Part shown: positions 18,917 through 29,128 of the stretch, piece after piece
Numbering within the stretch: position 1 is the first letter of the stretch
How the letters are laid out: every line of letters starts with the position of its first letter
Source of the DNA: Candidatus Coprovivens sp.
GTDB lineage: Bacteria > Bacillota_I > Bacilli_A > RF39 > UBA660
Direction: 5' to 3'
Assembly: GCA_051892935.1 (NCBI GenBank)
Contig: JBJFGS010000024.1
Coordinates: 64,001 to 128,000 of the forward strand
DNA: 64,000 nucleotides
The notes under the pieces: model-generated
The model's input: the letters and a program-made list of their open reading frames with translations, nothing else
Told to the model about the DNA's origin: nothing
Databases searched by the model: none
Made by a program: the position numbers and the translations under genes

Positions 18917-19960
18917 TTACACATCCTTTCTATCGAAGGTTACGGACTCTCTTAAATCTGTTTGATAGAATGTTCTAATATCATTTATTCCGTATTTTAA
19001 CATTGCTAGTCTTTCTGCTCCGAATCCAAAAGCGAATCCAGACCATTCTTTTGGATCATATCCACAATTTTTTAATACGTTTGGATGAACCATTCCCGCT
19101 CCACTAACAGTTATCCATCCAGTATTTTTACATAGTTGGCAACCTTTTCCTTTACATACGAAGCAAGATATGTCTGTTTCTACTGATGGTTCAGTAAATT
19201 GATAATAACTAGGTCTAAATCTTGTTATGCAATCTTCACCAAATAGTTTTTTAGCTATAACATCAAATGTTCCTTTTAAATCTGATAAACGAATATTTTT
19301 ATCAACTAATAATCCTTCTATTTGCATGAATTGATGTGAATGTGTGGCATCGTCTGCATCACGACGGTATGTTTTCCCTGGACATATCATTCTAATTGGT
19401 TTGTTACCGCCTGCAGCAATCATTGTTCTAGCTTGAACAGGAGATGTTTGACTTCGTAAAAGGATTGTTTCGTCTTCGATATAAAAAGTATCTTGAGCAT
19501 CTCTTGCCGGATGTCCTTTTGGTATATTTAGTAATTCGAAGTTATATTTATCTTCTTCTATTTCTGGACCATCTACTACATCGTATCCCATTGACATGAA
19601 TACTTCTTCTACTTCTTCAATTATTTTTTCTAGGATGTTTGGAGCTCCTACTGGAATTTTGGTTGCTGGTAGTGTTACATCGATTTTTTCTGAACTTAGT
19701 TTTTCTTTTAATGCTTCTTCTTCGTAGTATTTTATTTTTGTTTCTATACTAGATGTTAGTTCTTGTTTAAGATTGTTTAGTAGCATACCAAATTCTTTTT
19801 TTTCTTCACTATTTAGTTCTTTCATGTGGGCAGTTAGTTCTTGAACTGGTCCTTTTTTTCCTAGATATTCAACTTTTATGTCGTTTACTTCTTTAAGAGT
19901 AGTTGTTTTTTCTAATTTTTTTGCAACTTCAAGTTTTAAATTTTCTACTTTTTCTTTCAT
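18917..19960 (-). CDS. pheS: Phenylalanine-tRNA ligase alpha subunit
   Basis: HPARDAQDTFY, LRSQTSPVQAR, DATHSHQFMQIEG, GFAFGFGAERL; GGAGG RBS at the 19960 start. Confidence 0.98.
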   Translation of the reverse strand: MKEKVENLKLEVAKKLEKTTTLKEVNDIKVEYLGKKGPVQELTAHMKELNSEEKKEFGMLLNNLKQELTSSIETKIKYYEEEALKEKLSSEKIDVTLPATKIPVGAPNILEKIIEEVEEVFMSMGYDVVDGPEIEEDKYNFELLNIPKGHPARDAQDTFYIEDETILLRSQTSPVQARTMIAAGGNKPIRMICPGKTYRRDADDATHSHQFMQIEGLLVDKNIRLSDLKGTFDVIAKKLFGEDCITRFRPSYYQFTEPSVETDISCFVCKGKGCQLCKNTGWITVSGAGMVHPNVLKNCGYDPKEWSGFAFGFGAERLAMLKYGINDIRTFYQTDLRESVTFDRKDV

Positions 19961-19974
19961 AAATTTTACCTCCA

Positions 19975-20195
19975 ATAAAAAAAATCTAAAACCAAGGGAC
20001 GAAATTATATTCCGCGGTACCACCCTAATTCTAGAAATCTAGCTCTTTATTATAGATATAACGCTTCTATATGCGGTTCTAACTCCAACGATGAATTTCA
20101 TTATATTATTTATCTATAAGTGCTTTCAGCCGCTGACACTTAATCTCTAAATGAAGAACTTAATATAATTACTTGGTTCGTCTTCAACGTTTTTC
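19975..20195 (-). promoter_or_regulatory. T-box riboswitch with Phe specifier UUC
   Basis: AGAGA and GCTGAAAG stem I motifs, GAAA-TTC-A specifier, AGGGTGGTACCGCG T-box, TCGTCCCT antiterminator 3' strand, U-tract; promoter TTGCAT-17-TAAAAT upstream. Confidence 0.92.
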
Positions 20196-20280
20196 TGCTT
20201 TGTATTTTAACACAATTGTTTTATTTATGCAAATAAAACATTCTATTTTGCAACTTAAATAACAAATAACTAAAGTTTAG

Positions 20281-21144
20281 TTATTTGCTACTAAATTCTT
20301 TTATGTCACTATAAATATTAATTATTTCTTTTTGTTCTTCTTCTTTATAATTAGATAATAGTATCTTTAGTTTTTCTTCTTCCTTTAATTTAGAATTCTT
20401 CAGTTGATTTTCATAGTTATTTAGTACTATTTTAATGCTTTCTTCATCTGATAGTCTTGTATATGATGGTATTTGCATTATCCCATATTTAGTTTCTTTC
20501 TTAGTTATAGCTCCGATATATGCGTTGATATTTCGATATATTTTAGGTGTTTTATAATCTTCATAAATCATTTGAGAATATACAAGATTATTAATTAGTT
20601 CACTTTTATTATTTATTATTGAATAGTATCTGTTTTTAAATTTTGCATATTGCATTATAATTTTTTCTTTTTTTAGAGTTTTTAATTTTGTTTTTTCTGT
20701 TTTTTCTTTATTTCTTGTTTTAACTGAATACAGATATACTAGATATAATATTATGAGAAACCAAATAAATGCTTTTATATCTTCTGGATTTGGTATAACT
20801 GTATCTACTTGAGAAATAAAGTAATTATAAGTAAATAAGCTTAGAGCTATGCTTATAACACTTTCAATTATATATGTAATATTACTTATTTCATTATTAT
20901 TGTTAACAATATTTGTTATGTAGAAGTTTCTTATGAATATTTCAAAGACTACTATTAAAAAGATATTTTCTTTAATAGATGGTATGAGTGCTGATATTAT
21001 TATTGTATAAATAGTTGGAATTAGTAATTGGTTTATTCTTCTATTATCCTCTTTTTGAAAGATATTTAATATGATTGTTAATGGTATTGTTAATAATATT
21101 TGCAGTATTATAGTAGTTAGTGTCATAGGTATTCTCCTTTTCAA
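20281..21144 (-). CDS. Multi-TM membrane protein with C-terminal lysozyme-like motifs
   Basis: About 5 hydrophobic helices, then MIYED...YGIMQI. Confidence 0.7.
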   Translation of the reverse strand: MKRRIPMTLTTIILQILLTIPLTIILNIFQKEDNRRINQLLIPTIYTIIISALIPSIKENIFLIVVFEIFIRNFYITNIVNNNNEISNITYIIESVISIALSLFTYNYFISQVDTVIPNPEDIKAFIWFLIILYLVYLYSVKTRNKEKTEKTKLKTLKKEKIIMQYAKFKNRYYSIINNKSELINNLVYSQMIYEDYKTPKIYRNINAYIGAITKKETKYGIMQIPSYTRLSDEESIKIVLNNYENQLKNSKLKEEEKLKILLSNYKEEEQKEIINIYSDIKEFSSK

Positions 21145-21204
21145 TGAGTTATACTACTATAATTTTGTTTAAAAGTCAATGAAACAAAAAAGCAGATTCC
21201 TCTG

Positions 21205-21450
21205 CTATATTTGTGATTTTAGTATTCTAGTTAATATAATAATTAATTCTGGATCTTTTACTCTATCTACGTATGTGTCTTGTCCATCAATTATTTCTTC
21301 AACTATAGCTACGTTTGTTGGAATGATATCTTTGTTTTCGTCTACTCCCATTACTAAGAAGTATTTTACCCCTCCATACATAGTTTCATTTAATACTACA
21401 TATTTTTCGTTGTTTTCTAAACTTATTATTGTGTTTGTTCTTAGACTCAT
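21205..21450 (-). CDS. Small acidic protein, DUF1292-like
   Basis: IISLENNEKYVVLNETMYGGVKYFLV...VKDPELI pattern. Confidence 0.6.
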   Translation of the reverse strand: MSLRTNTIISLENNEKYVVLNETMYGGVKYFLVMGVDENKDIIPTNVAIVEEIIDGQDTYVDRVKDPELIIILTRILKSQI

Positions 21451-21466
21451 TTTATCATCTCCTTGA

Positions 21467-23746
21467 TTAAGCTTCTTCTTGTCCTAATTCATTTATGAAT
21501 TTATTTAACTCGTTAGTTAAATCTTCATTTGTTACTATAGTATCACTATTATTTGATTTTGTGTTATTAAACATATTATTTATTGATAAATCATTATTGT
21601 TTAAATTTTGCTCCTCTATTATTGGATCTATAAGTGCTCCTATATCTAAAGGAATTTCTTCGTTTTCTTGGATGTTATTTGTTTTTCTAGAACTATCTAT
21701 TATGTTATCGATTTCTTCTTCAATTTTTGCATCTTCTATTTCTTCTAGTGATTTATTTATATTTTCTATTTTTTCAATAGATTGTTCTTCTGTGTTTTCT
21801 TCTTCGTTTTCTTCAATTGCTTCGATTTTTTCTTCAATTTCTTGGTTAATATTCGAAGGTTCATCCACTATTTTTTGCTCTATATTATCTTCTTGCACTT
21901 TGTCTTCTTCAACTATTTTTTCTGCATTTTCTTCAGACTCTTTTATAGTTGTTGAAAATTCTTCATTTATTTCATTTTCTAATCCAAATGGATTTTGTAT
22001 TTCATCAAGTTTGGAATTTTCTAGATTTTTTTCTATGTTTTCTATTGGTGTTGATATTGTTGCTTCGTTTATTACCTTTATTCCCCTTTTTGGCAATGGC
22101 TCAGATATCGACAAGTCTGTATCAACTTTTACTTCAACAGGCATTTCAGGTTCTAGATTAGTATATTCATCGTAGTTTTTAGCTACTATATTGGAATTAT
22201 TTTCTATTATAGTATTATCTATTTGATTTTTTAATTGAATACCTAACATTTCTTCTAATCTTTCTATTATTTCGATTGGAGTTTCTGGAAATTGACGACG
22301 GTGTTTTATATCTATTACTATTTGAGCCAATTCTTTTAAAGTCTCTTTGTCTTTATTTTTTGAAGTAATATCAATTAATCCAGTTTTTTTAGTAGTCAAT
22401 CTGTTTTTTATATCAGATATTTCTGTCTCAGCATCCTTTATATTTTGAACTATTTGCTCGTAGTCATATTTCATAGATTTAGTTGCTTGTGCAATATCAT
22501 CTGATTCATCTTTACGGAAAGATGTAGCTATTTTTTCGGCTTCGATGATATCTTCCTTTTTTTCATCTAATTGGGCTTTTAAACTAGCTTTGTAGCTGAT
22601 ACTTGTATCTGGCGTTTCATCATATGCTTTTTGAAATTCTTTTAAATCTATTTTCATTGTATTAATCATATTATAGAGTTGTTGAGTTTTTCTTTCATAA
22701 CTATATTCTTGATCTTTATCTACTTTTTCAACTTTTTCTTTAATTTGTTTTAGTTCTTCTTGCCATCTTGCAATTCTTTCATTTAAGAACTCTACTCGAA
22801 GTTTTTCTGGTGTGTCAGCTTCTAAAATATTGTAGCTTTTTTGATCTATTTCGTTGGCAAATGAATCTCTCGCTTGGGTAGCTTTTAATAGTTCTTCTTC
22901 TAATGCATTATCAGCTGGAACATTTATGTATGGTTGTTTTATTACATTGTTTATTAATTCTATTAAGAATCCCTTAGCAGTTTCGATATTTTCATTATTG
23001 TTAATAGCATCTTTTATTTTTGATTCAAGATATTTAGGGTCTTTTCTTATTTCTTCTAATCTTTTAGATAATTTATCAATTTTTTGTTCTAGCTCTGTAA
23101 TTCTTTTCGTATTTTTTTCTTTTTTACTTTTATCGATGTAATTATCTTTATTTTCTAAGTTGGCTTGTGTTTCTAGTAATAATTTTTTCTTTTTTTCGAT
23201 TTTTTCTTCTAATTCTTTAATTTCTTCTGTTAAGTTAATTATTTCTTCTTGAATAGAATTATATTGATTTGTCTGTTCTTCTAGTTCATCACTGATTTTA
23301 GCTGCTTTTTCTGTAGTTTCTGCTATTAAAGCATTATATCGATCGATTACTTCATAATTATTTGCTTCTGATACTCTTTCTTGCATACTAATAATATATT
23401 TTTCTTGACTATTTTTTGTATCTTTTAGTAGAGTATTGTTTTTATATAAGCTTTCTTCCTCATTTTTTAATTCATTAAGTTTTTTATTTTTGTCTTTTAA
23501 GTTTGACTTTAATGTTTGTAATTGTTTTTTGGTAATGATTTCAATATTTCGGTCAGCCATTTCAGCACTTGTATCGTATATTTCTTCTTCTGTTTGAACT
23601 GCAATTTCTTCTATTTCTTGTTTATATGATTTTATTTTTTCATTTAGTTCTACTTCTTCAATGCGCAATGATGGACCATCACTCTTAGAACGACACATTT
23701 TTACCAATACTTCTAAATTCCAAAAAATTTTTAATTTATCGTCCAT
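21467..23746 (-). CDS. Long coiled-coil protein with acidic disordered C-terminus
   Basis: About 480 aa of heptad-rich E/K/L sequence without a Walker A motif, then E/N/I-rich tail. Confidence 0.85.
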   Translation of the reverse strand: MDDKLKIFWNLEVLVKMCRSKSDGPSLRIEEVELNEKIKSYKQEIEEIAVQTEEEIYDTSAEMADRNIEIITKKQLQTLKSNLKDKNKKLNELKNEEESLYKNNTLLKDTKNSQEKYIISMQERVSEANNYEVIDRYNALIAETTEKAAKISDELEEQTNQYNSIQEEIINLTEEIKELEEKIEKKKKLLLETQANLENKDNYIDKSKKEKNTKRITELEQKIDKLSKRLEEIRKDPKYLESKIKDAINNNENIETAKGFLIELINNVIKQPYINVPADNALEEELLKATQARDSFANEIDQKSYNILEADTPEKLRVEFLNERIARWQEELKQIKEKVEKVDKDQEYSYERKTQQLYNMINTMKIDLKEFQKAYDETPDTSISYKASLKAQLDEKKEDIIEAEKIATSFRKDESDDIAQATKSMKYDYEQIVQNIKDAETEISDIKNRLTTKKTGLIDITSKNKDKETLKELAQIVIDIKHRRQFPETPIEIIERLEEMLGIQLKNQIDNTIIENNSNIVAKNYDEYTNLEPEMPVEVKVDTDLSISEPLPKRGIKVINEATISTPIENIEKNLENSKLDEIQNPFGLENEINEEFSTTIKESEENAEKIVEEDKVQEDNIEQKIVDEPSNINQEIEEKIEAIEENEEENTEEQSIEKIENINKSLEEIEDAKIEEEIDNIIDSSRKTNNIQENEEIPLDIGALIDPIIEEQNLNNNDLSINNMFNNTKSNNSDTIVTNEDLTNELNKFINELGQEEA

Positions 23747-23871
23747 AATTACACACCCTTTTATCCTAGTCTACTTTAATAATAACACAAAGCGTACCTA
23801 TTTTCAATATAACTATTTTATATGTTTAATTTACTTTTTAATACATATATTTAAGATAAGTGAGATGATTT

Positions 23872-24213
23872 ATGAAAGATTTTCCACCTAATATAGATCC
23901 TAAGATTGCTACAATTAGTGCTGTAATTATTGGTTTTGCGTTAATTGATAATTTTTCAGCAGCAGAACAAAGTGCTATTGGTAATTGGTTTATTACAATA
24001 GGCCAAACTCTTTTTAATAATTCGCAATGGCAAGCTATGATTGAATCTAGAATTGGTGGCAATACTATTAATATTAATAGTCAGAATTGCAAAGCTACTG
24101 GTAATCCTTATATGAATAATAAATCATGGGTGAATTCTCCTACTGATATGGAAATTGAAAGATTGAAAAATGTTATTAAAATTATGCAAGATGAAATTGA
24201 TAAATTAAAATAA
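23872..24213 (+). CDS. Small conserved hypothetical protein, possibly spore-associated
   Basis: EQSAIGNWFITIGQTL motif; CATATATT box at 23844-23851 as also seen before gerQ. Confidence 0.65.
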   Translation: MKDFPPNIDPKIATISAVIIGFALIDNFSAAEQSAIGNWFITIGQTLFNNSQWQAMIESRIGGNTININSQNCKATGNPYMNNKSWVNSPTDMEIERLKNVIKIMQDEIDKLK

Positions 24214-24225
24214 AAAAAAGAACTA

Positions 24226-24570
24226 TTAAACTAGTTCTAATTTTACAGTTAAAGCGTCATCGCCAACTCTTTCTTTTAATTTTATGATTCTAGTATATCC
24301 ACCATTTCTAGTTTCATAACGTTTTGCTAAGTCGTCAAATACCTTGCTAACTACTTGATTATCATTATTTAGGAATGCAAGAGCTTTTCTTCTAGATACT
24401 AATGTACCTTTTTTTCCGTAAGTTATCATTTTGTCAACAAATTTTCTTACTTCTTTAGCTCTAGCTTCAGTTGTAACAACTGATTCATTTAAGATAACAT
24501 CTTTTGTTAAGCTAGCTAAAATACTTCTACGAATACTTTTTTCTCTATTTAATCTTCTATATTTTGCCAT
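24226..24570 (-). CDS. rplQ: 50S ribosomal protein L17
   Basis: TTEARAKEVR, RNGGYTRIIK; after rpoA. Confidence 0.98.
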   Translation of the reverse strand: MAKYRRLNREKSIRRSILASLTKDVILNESVVTTEARAKEVRKFVDKMITYGKKGTLVSRRKALAFLNNDNQVVSKVFDDLAKRYETRNGGYTRIIKLKERVGDDALTVKLELV

Positions 24571-24596
24571 TAGAATTTACCTCCTTGTTTTATTTA

Positions 24597-25541
24597 TTAG
24601 TCGCGGAACTTAAGTCCCATTTCTTTAACTTTATCTATAACTTCTTTTAAAGATTTTTTACCTAGATTACGTATCTTAGTAACTTCTACTTCTTTTTTAG
24701 AAATTAAGTCTTGAACTGTGTTAATTCCAGCTCTCTTTAAACAGTTGTATGCACGAACTGAGAATTCGATTTCTTCGATAGGTGTTTCTAGAGTTTTTGT
24801 AATTGTATCAACTTTCTTTTCAGCCATTAATCCTGAAACATCACTTATTGAGTTTAAGTCAGTTACTATGTTGAAATGTTCAATTAGTATTTTTGCTGAA
24901 AGTGCCATTGCTTCTTCTGGAGTCATTGATCCATTTGTATAAACATTCATTATTAGTTTATCAAAGTTTTCGTTTTGACCAACACGAGCGCTTTCAACTT
25001 CGTAGCTAACTCTTTCAATTGGAGAATACAAAGAGTCAATTGCGATAACTCCAACCTTATTTTCTCCTAATAGTTTTTGGTTAGTTTTAGAATCAACATA
25101 ACCTCTACCATTACTTACTGTCATTTCCATTTCTAGTTTTCCACCTTTTACAAGGTTTGCAATAACTAGTTCAGGATTAATAATTTCGATATCAGCATCT
25201 CTTTCGATATCTCCAGCAGTTATAGCTCCTTCTTTATCAGCATAAAGTCTTATAACTTTGTCTTCTTCAGAATGATTTTTAATTACTATGCTTTTTAAAG
25301 CTAATACGATAGCTGTTACGTCTTCAACAACACCATCGATTTTTTGGAATTCATGCATTACACCTTCAATTTTTACAGAAGTAATTGCACTTCCTGGTAA
25401 TGATGATAGCATAACTCTTCTTAAAGCATTACCAATTGTTGTACCAAAACCTCTTTCAAGTGGTTCTAGCTCAAATTTTCCATAGTGATTGCTCTCTATG
25501 TATTCTGTAATTTTGTATTCTGGTTTTTCAAATCTTAACAT
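24597..25541 (-). CDS. rpoA: RNA polymerase alpha subunit
   Basis: EPLERGFGTTIGNALRR, SVRAYNCLKRAGI, RNLGKKSL. Confidence 0.99.
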   Translation of the reverse strand: MLRFEKPEYKITEYIESNHYGKFELEPLERGFGTTIGNALRRVMLSSLPGSAITSVKIEGVMHEFQKIDGVVEDVTAIVLALKSIVIKNHSEEDKVIRLYADKEGAITAGDIERDADIEIINPELVIANLVKGGKLEMEMTVSNGRGYVDSKTNQKLLGENKVGVIAIDSLYSPIERVSYEVESARVGQNENFDKLIMNVYTNGSMTPEEAMALSAKILIEHFNIVTDLNSISDVSGLMAEKKVDTITKTLETPIEEIEFSVRAYNCLKRAGINTVQDLISKKEVEVTKIRNLGKKSLKEVIDKVKEMGLKFRD

Positions 25542-25563
25542 ATCCTTAAGTCCCCTCTTTCAA

Positions 25564-25947
25564 TTAATTTCTTGGACGTTTTGGTGGACGGCATCCGTTG
25601 TGTGGAACTGGAGTAACGTCATTGATAGATGTAATTTCTAATCCTGCAGTTTGTAATGAACGAATAGCGTTTTCACGTCCTGCACCTAAACCTTTAACAA
25701 ATACTTCTACTTTTTTAACTCCGTTATCCATTGCAGCTTTTGCAGCAGCTTCAGCACTCATACCAGCAGCAAATGGAGTTTTCTTTTTTGATCCTTTATA
25801 ACCGATTGTACCTGCAGAAGCCCAACTTATTGCGTTACCATCTTTATCAGTTATAGTAACTACTGTATTGTTATAAGTTGAATGAATATGAGCTTGTGCT
25901 TCAGGTATATTCTTTTTAACTTTTCTTTTTCTTCTATTATAAGCCAT
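25564..25947 (-). CDS. rpsK: 30S ribosomal protein S11
   Basis: [23 protein letters not shown]. Confidence 0.99.
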   Translation of the reverse strand: MAYNRRKRKVKKNIPEAQAHIHSTYNNTVVTITDKDGNAISWASAGTIGYKGSKKKTPFAAGMSAEAAAKAAMDNGVKKVEVFVKGLGAGRENAIRSLQTAGLEITSINDVTPVPHNGCRPPKRPRN

Positions 25948-25967
25948 AATCTTCTACCTCCTATTTA

Positions 25968-26342
25968 TTATTTAGTAGCCTTTTTCTTATTAGCAACTAC
26001 TTTACCTTTACCTTTTCTTGTACGAGCATTTCTTGAAGTTCTTTGACCATGTACAGGAAGACCTTTTTTATGTCTAGTACCTTGGTAGCTATTGATTTCC
26101 ATTTTATTTTTGATGTTCATTTGAACTTCACGACGAAGGTCACCTTCTACTAGTTGTTTTTCAACTTCAGAACGTAATTTACTTACTTCATCATCTGTTA
26201 AATCTTTTATTTTTTTACTTCTTTCAACACCAGCAGCATCACAGATTTGGTTAGCTAAACTTCTACCAATTCCGTAAATAGCAGTTAAACCTATACAAGT
26301 ATGTTTTTCTCCTGGTAATTCAATATTTTTAATACGTGCCAT
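25968..26342 (-). CDS. rpsM: 30S ribosomal protein S13
   Basis: [25 protein letters not shown]. Confidence 0.99.
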   Translation of the reverse strand: MARIKNIELPGEKHTCIGLTAIYGIGRSLANQICDAAGVERSKKIKDLTDDEVSKLRSEVEKQLVEGDLRREVQMNIKNKMEINSYQGTRHKKGLPVHGQRTSRNARTRKGKGKVVANKKKATK

Positions 26343-26356
26343 ATTTTACCTCCTAA

Positions 26357-26470
26357 TTAGCCTTGTTTTTGTTTGTGTTTTGGATTTTCACAAATAACCA
26401 TTATTTTTCCTTTTCTTCTAATTATTTTGCATTTTGCGCAAATTTTCTTTACTGATGGTCTTACTTTCAT
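26357..26470 (-). CDS. rpmJ: 50S ribosomal protein L36, Zn-ribbon type (missed by the ORF track)
   Basis: [37 protein letters not shown] with GGAGG RBS. Confidence 0.98.
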   Translation of the reverse strand: MKVRPSVKKICAKCKIIRRKGKIMVICENPKHKQKQG

Positions 26471-26486
26471 AATATTTGTACCTCCA

Positions 26487-26705
26487 TTATTTTTTATTCC
26501 ATGTTATACGCCCACGTGTTAAGTCATAAGGCGATAATTCTATTGTAACTGTATCACCTGGTAAGATACGAATCATATTAACTCGCATTTTACCAGAAAC
26601 GTAGGCTTCTACAGTATGTCCATTAGGCAATTCTACGATTGGTGTTCCACCTTTTAGTATTTCTACTACTTTGCCTTCAACTTCTATTTTTTCTTCTTTA
26701 GCCAT
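26487..26705 (-). CDS. infA: Translation initiation factor IF-1
   Basis: [15 protein letters not shown]...[10 protein letters not shown]. Confidence 0.98.
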   Translation of the reverse strand: MAKEEKIEVEGKVVEILKGGTPIVELPNGHTVEAYVSGKMRVNMIRILPGDTVTIELSPYDLTRGRITWNKK

Positions 26706-26755
26706 GCTTCTTTATCTCTCCATAACTTTTAGAGTTTGTAGATGTGAATAACTTG

Positions 26756-27424
26756 TTAGTTATTCACATCTTCACCCTTAAGAATTTTTTCTATTTCACT
26801 AAAAGTCTCCTCAGTATCTTTACTTGAATCAACAACTTTTAGTACGCCTTTTTGTTTATAATAATCAATTATTGGTTCAGTTACTTCAAAATATGTTTTA
26901 ACTCTAGTATTCATTGATTCTTCGTTATCATCAGCTCTTTGATATAACTCTCCACCACACTTATCACATATTCCGTCTTGCTTTGGCTTGAATTCTTCGT
27001 TATATACATTATATATAGCTCCGCATTCTTTGCAAATGCGACGACCAATAATTCTTTGCTTTAACAGTTCTTCAGGTATTGTTAAATTTATAACTACTCC
27101 TAAATCTTTGTTAAGCTTCTCTAATATTGTATCATATCCTTTAGCTTGTTCCAAATTTCTTGGAAAGCCATCAAGGATATAACCATTTTCGCATTCTGGT
27201 TGATTTATTTTATATTCAATAGCTTCGTATATTATATCGTTTGAAACAAATATACCATTGTCTATTAAATCTTTTATTTGTTTGCCAAGTTCATCGCCTA
27301 CGGCTGCTCTTTCTCTAAGAATATCTCCTGTAGATATATGAGCATATCCATATTTTTCTTGTAATTTCTTAGCAAATGTTCCTTTTCCAGCGCCTTGCAC
27401 TGCTAAAAATATAATATTCTTCAT
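26756..27424 (-). CDS. adk: Adenylate kinase with Zn-LID
   Basis: GAGKGT, HISTGDILR, LDGFPR, CxxC...CxxC. Confidence 0.98.
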   Translation of the reverse strand: MKNIIFLAVQGAGKGTFAKKLQEKYGYAHISTGDILRERAAVGDELGKQIKDLIDNGIFVSNDIIYEAIEYKINQPECENGYILDGFPRNLEQAKGYDTILEKLNKDLGVVINLTIPEELLKQRIIGRRICKECGAIYNVYNEEFKPKQDGICDKCGGELYQRADDNEESMNTRVKTYFEVTEPIIDYYKQKGVLKVVDSSKDTEETFSEIEKILKGEDVNN

Positions 27425-28683
27425 TATCTTTTAATTGCCTTTCTGTGACTACGACTAATTAAGCTACTCTCTAGTTGCTTGTATGTTTCTATTGCAACAC
27501 CAACAACGATAAGTAATCCAGTTCCTCCAATTGTTACTGTACTTGATAGCCCAGAAAAATTAGAGAAAAGTATAGGTAGTCCAGCAATTATCATTAGAAA
27601 TAAGGAACCTACGATTGTTAGCTTACTTAAAACATTACTAACATATTCAATTGTATCATTTCCTGGTCTAACACCTGGAATGTATGCACCACTTTTACTT
27701 AAATTCTTTGACATTTCTTCTGGATTCATTTGTAAGAATGTATAGAAATATCCAAAGAACAAGATAAGTAACATATATAATATGAATCCCGTAAATGATG
27801 TATATTCAATATAATTTTCCACAAAATTTATTGCAGTATCATTTTTTATTAAATTAACAATAGTTACTGGGATTGTAATTAATGTCGATGCAAAGATAAC
27901 TGGGATAACTCCAGCAGAATTTATTTTTATAGGAAGGAAGTTTTGGTGTCCTCCATATGCACTATTTGTTCTGTTAGCATATTGAATTGGTATTCGCCTT
28001 TCGGCTAATTGAATCCATACCATACCTACTATTATTAGTAAGTAAATGATTACAAATGCTCCAAATAATAGTGAACCTATTATAGTATTGAATGTTTCTG
28101 CTAACACCAATTCTTTGAAAGCAGTTACGAATACTGATGGTAATGATTGAAGAATACCAGCCATAATTAATAGTGACATTCCATTACCAATACCATGTTT
28201 AGTAATTTGATCACCTATCCATAATAGTAAACTTGTTCCAGCAGTTAATACTACTGTTGTTTTTAGGATTGTAAATACGTCTTTTGTACCTGAGTAAACA
28301 ATAGTAAATATAAAACCTTGAATAAAGGCAAATAGTATACCTAAATATCTAGTTATCTTATTTATTTTTTGCTTACCTGTATATCCTTGTTCTTTTAGTT
28401 CTTTAAAATAAGGAACTATATCCATTTGGAGTAATTGAGTAATGATTTGAGCTGTAATATATGGTGATACACCTAAGGCGAAGATAGAGAAATGTTTTAA
28501 TCCTCCACCTGCCATTAGGTTAAAGATTTCAAGGAAACCTAATTCTTCATATATTGTTCCAGCCCACGGAACTGTTATATTACTTCCAAAGCAAAATATT
28601 GCTAAACAAAATAATGTAAAATAAATTCTTTTTCTTAAATCTTTATTTGAACGGTTAAATAGCTGTTTTAGATTAGAAAACAT
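27424..28683 (-). CDS. secY: Preprotein translocase SecY
   Basis: FSIFALGVSPYITAQII, GIGNGMSL, AGVIPVIFA, IPGVRPG. Confidence 0.99.
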   Translation of the reverse strand: MFSNLKQLFNRSNKDLRKRIYFTLFCLAIFCFGSNITVPWAGTIYEELGFLEIFNLMAGGGLKHFSIFALGVSPYITAQIITQLLQMDIVPYFKELKEQGYTGKQKINKITRYLGILFAFIQGFIFTIVYSGTKDVFTILKTTVVLTAGTSLLLWIGDQITKHGIGNGMSLLIMAGILQSLPSVFVTAFKELVLAETFNTIIGSLLFGAFVIIYLLIIVGMVWIQLAERRIPIQYANRTNSAYGGHQNFLPIKINSAGVIPVIFASTLITIPVTIVNLIKNDTAINFVENYIEYTSFTGFILYMLLILFFGYFYTFLQMNPEEMSKNLSKSGAYIPGVRPGNDTIEYVSNVLSKLTIVGSLFLMIIAGLPILFSNFSGLSSTVTIGGTGLLIVVGVAIETYKQLESSLISRSHRKAIKR

Positions 28684-29127
28684 CTAGATCACCTCAGCTT
28701 TTCCGCCAGCACTTTCAATTTTTGTAACGGCTGAACTTGAGAATCTATTAGCTCTAATAGTTAATTTCTTTTCTAGTTCACCATTGCCTAAGACTTTAAC
28801 ACCACAAAGTTGTTTTTTGATAATTCCCTTTTCTTTTAGTAATTCAGGAGTAACTACGTCTCCATCATTAAAATATTTATTTAAATCACTTAAGTTAATT
28901 GTTGCATATTCAGTTTTGAATTTTGCATTACTAAATCCACGTTTAGGAACTCTTCTATATAGAGGAGTTTGTCCACCTTGGAACCAAGCTGGAATACTTA
29001 CTCCTGAACGAGATTTTTGACCATTTTCTCCACGGCCAGCAGTTTTTCCTAAACCACTACCAGCTCCACGGCCAACTCTTTTTCTAGTTTTTGCTTCTGG
29101 AGAAGCGTTTAATTCATGTAATTTCAT
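28684..29127 (-). CDS. rplO: 50S ribosomal protein L15
   Basis: [32 protein letters not shown]. Confidence 0.99.
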   Translation of the reverse strand: MKLHELNASPEAKTRKRVGRGAGSGLGKTAGRGENGQKSRSGVSIPAWFQGGQTPLYRRVPKRGFSNAKFKTEYATINLSDLNKYFNDGDVVTPELLKEKGIIKKQLCGVKVLGNGELEKKLTIRANRFSSSAVTKIESAGGKAEVI

Positions 29128-29128
29128 A

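Noticed and set aside
19961-20023. N-terminal extension of PheS in the ORF track
   Set aside because: Corresponds to the T-box antiterminator/terminator; true RBS precedes 19960
21495-22175. 226-aa Ser/Phe/Ile-rich plus-strand ORF, and similar shadow ORFs (e.g. 40869-41492, 51521-51991, 18248-18673)
   Set aside because: Antisense shadows of real genes caused by codon bias; no RBS or motifs
21467-23746. SMC or EzrA assignment
   Set aside because: No Walker A/B or hinge motifs, and no N-terminal TM helix
25541-25564. Absence of rpsD between rpsK and rpoA
   Set aside because: Normal for Bacilli, where rpsD is encoded separately
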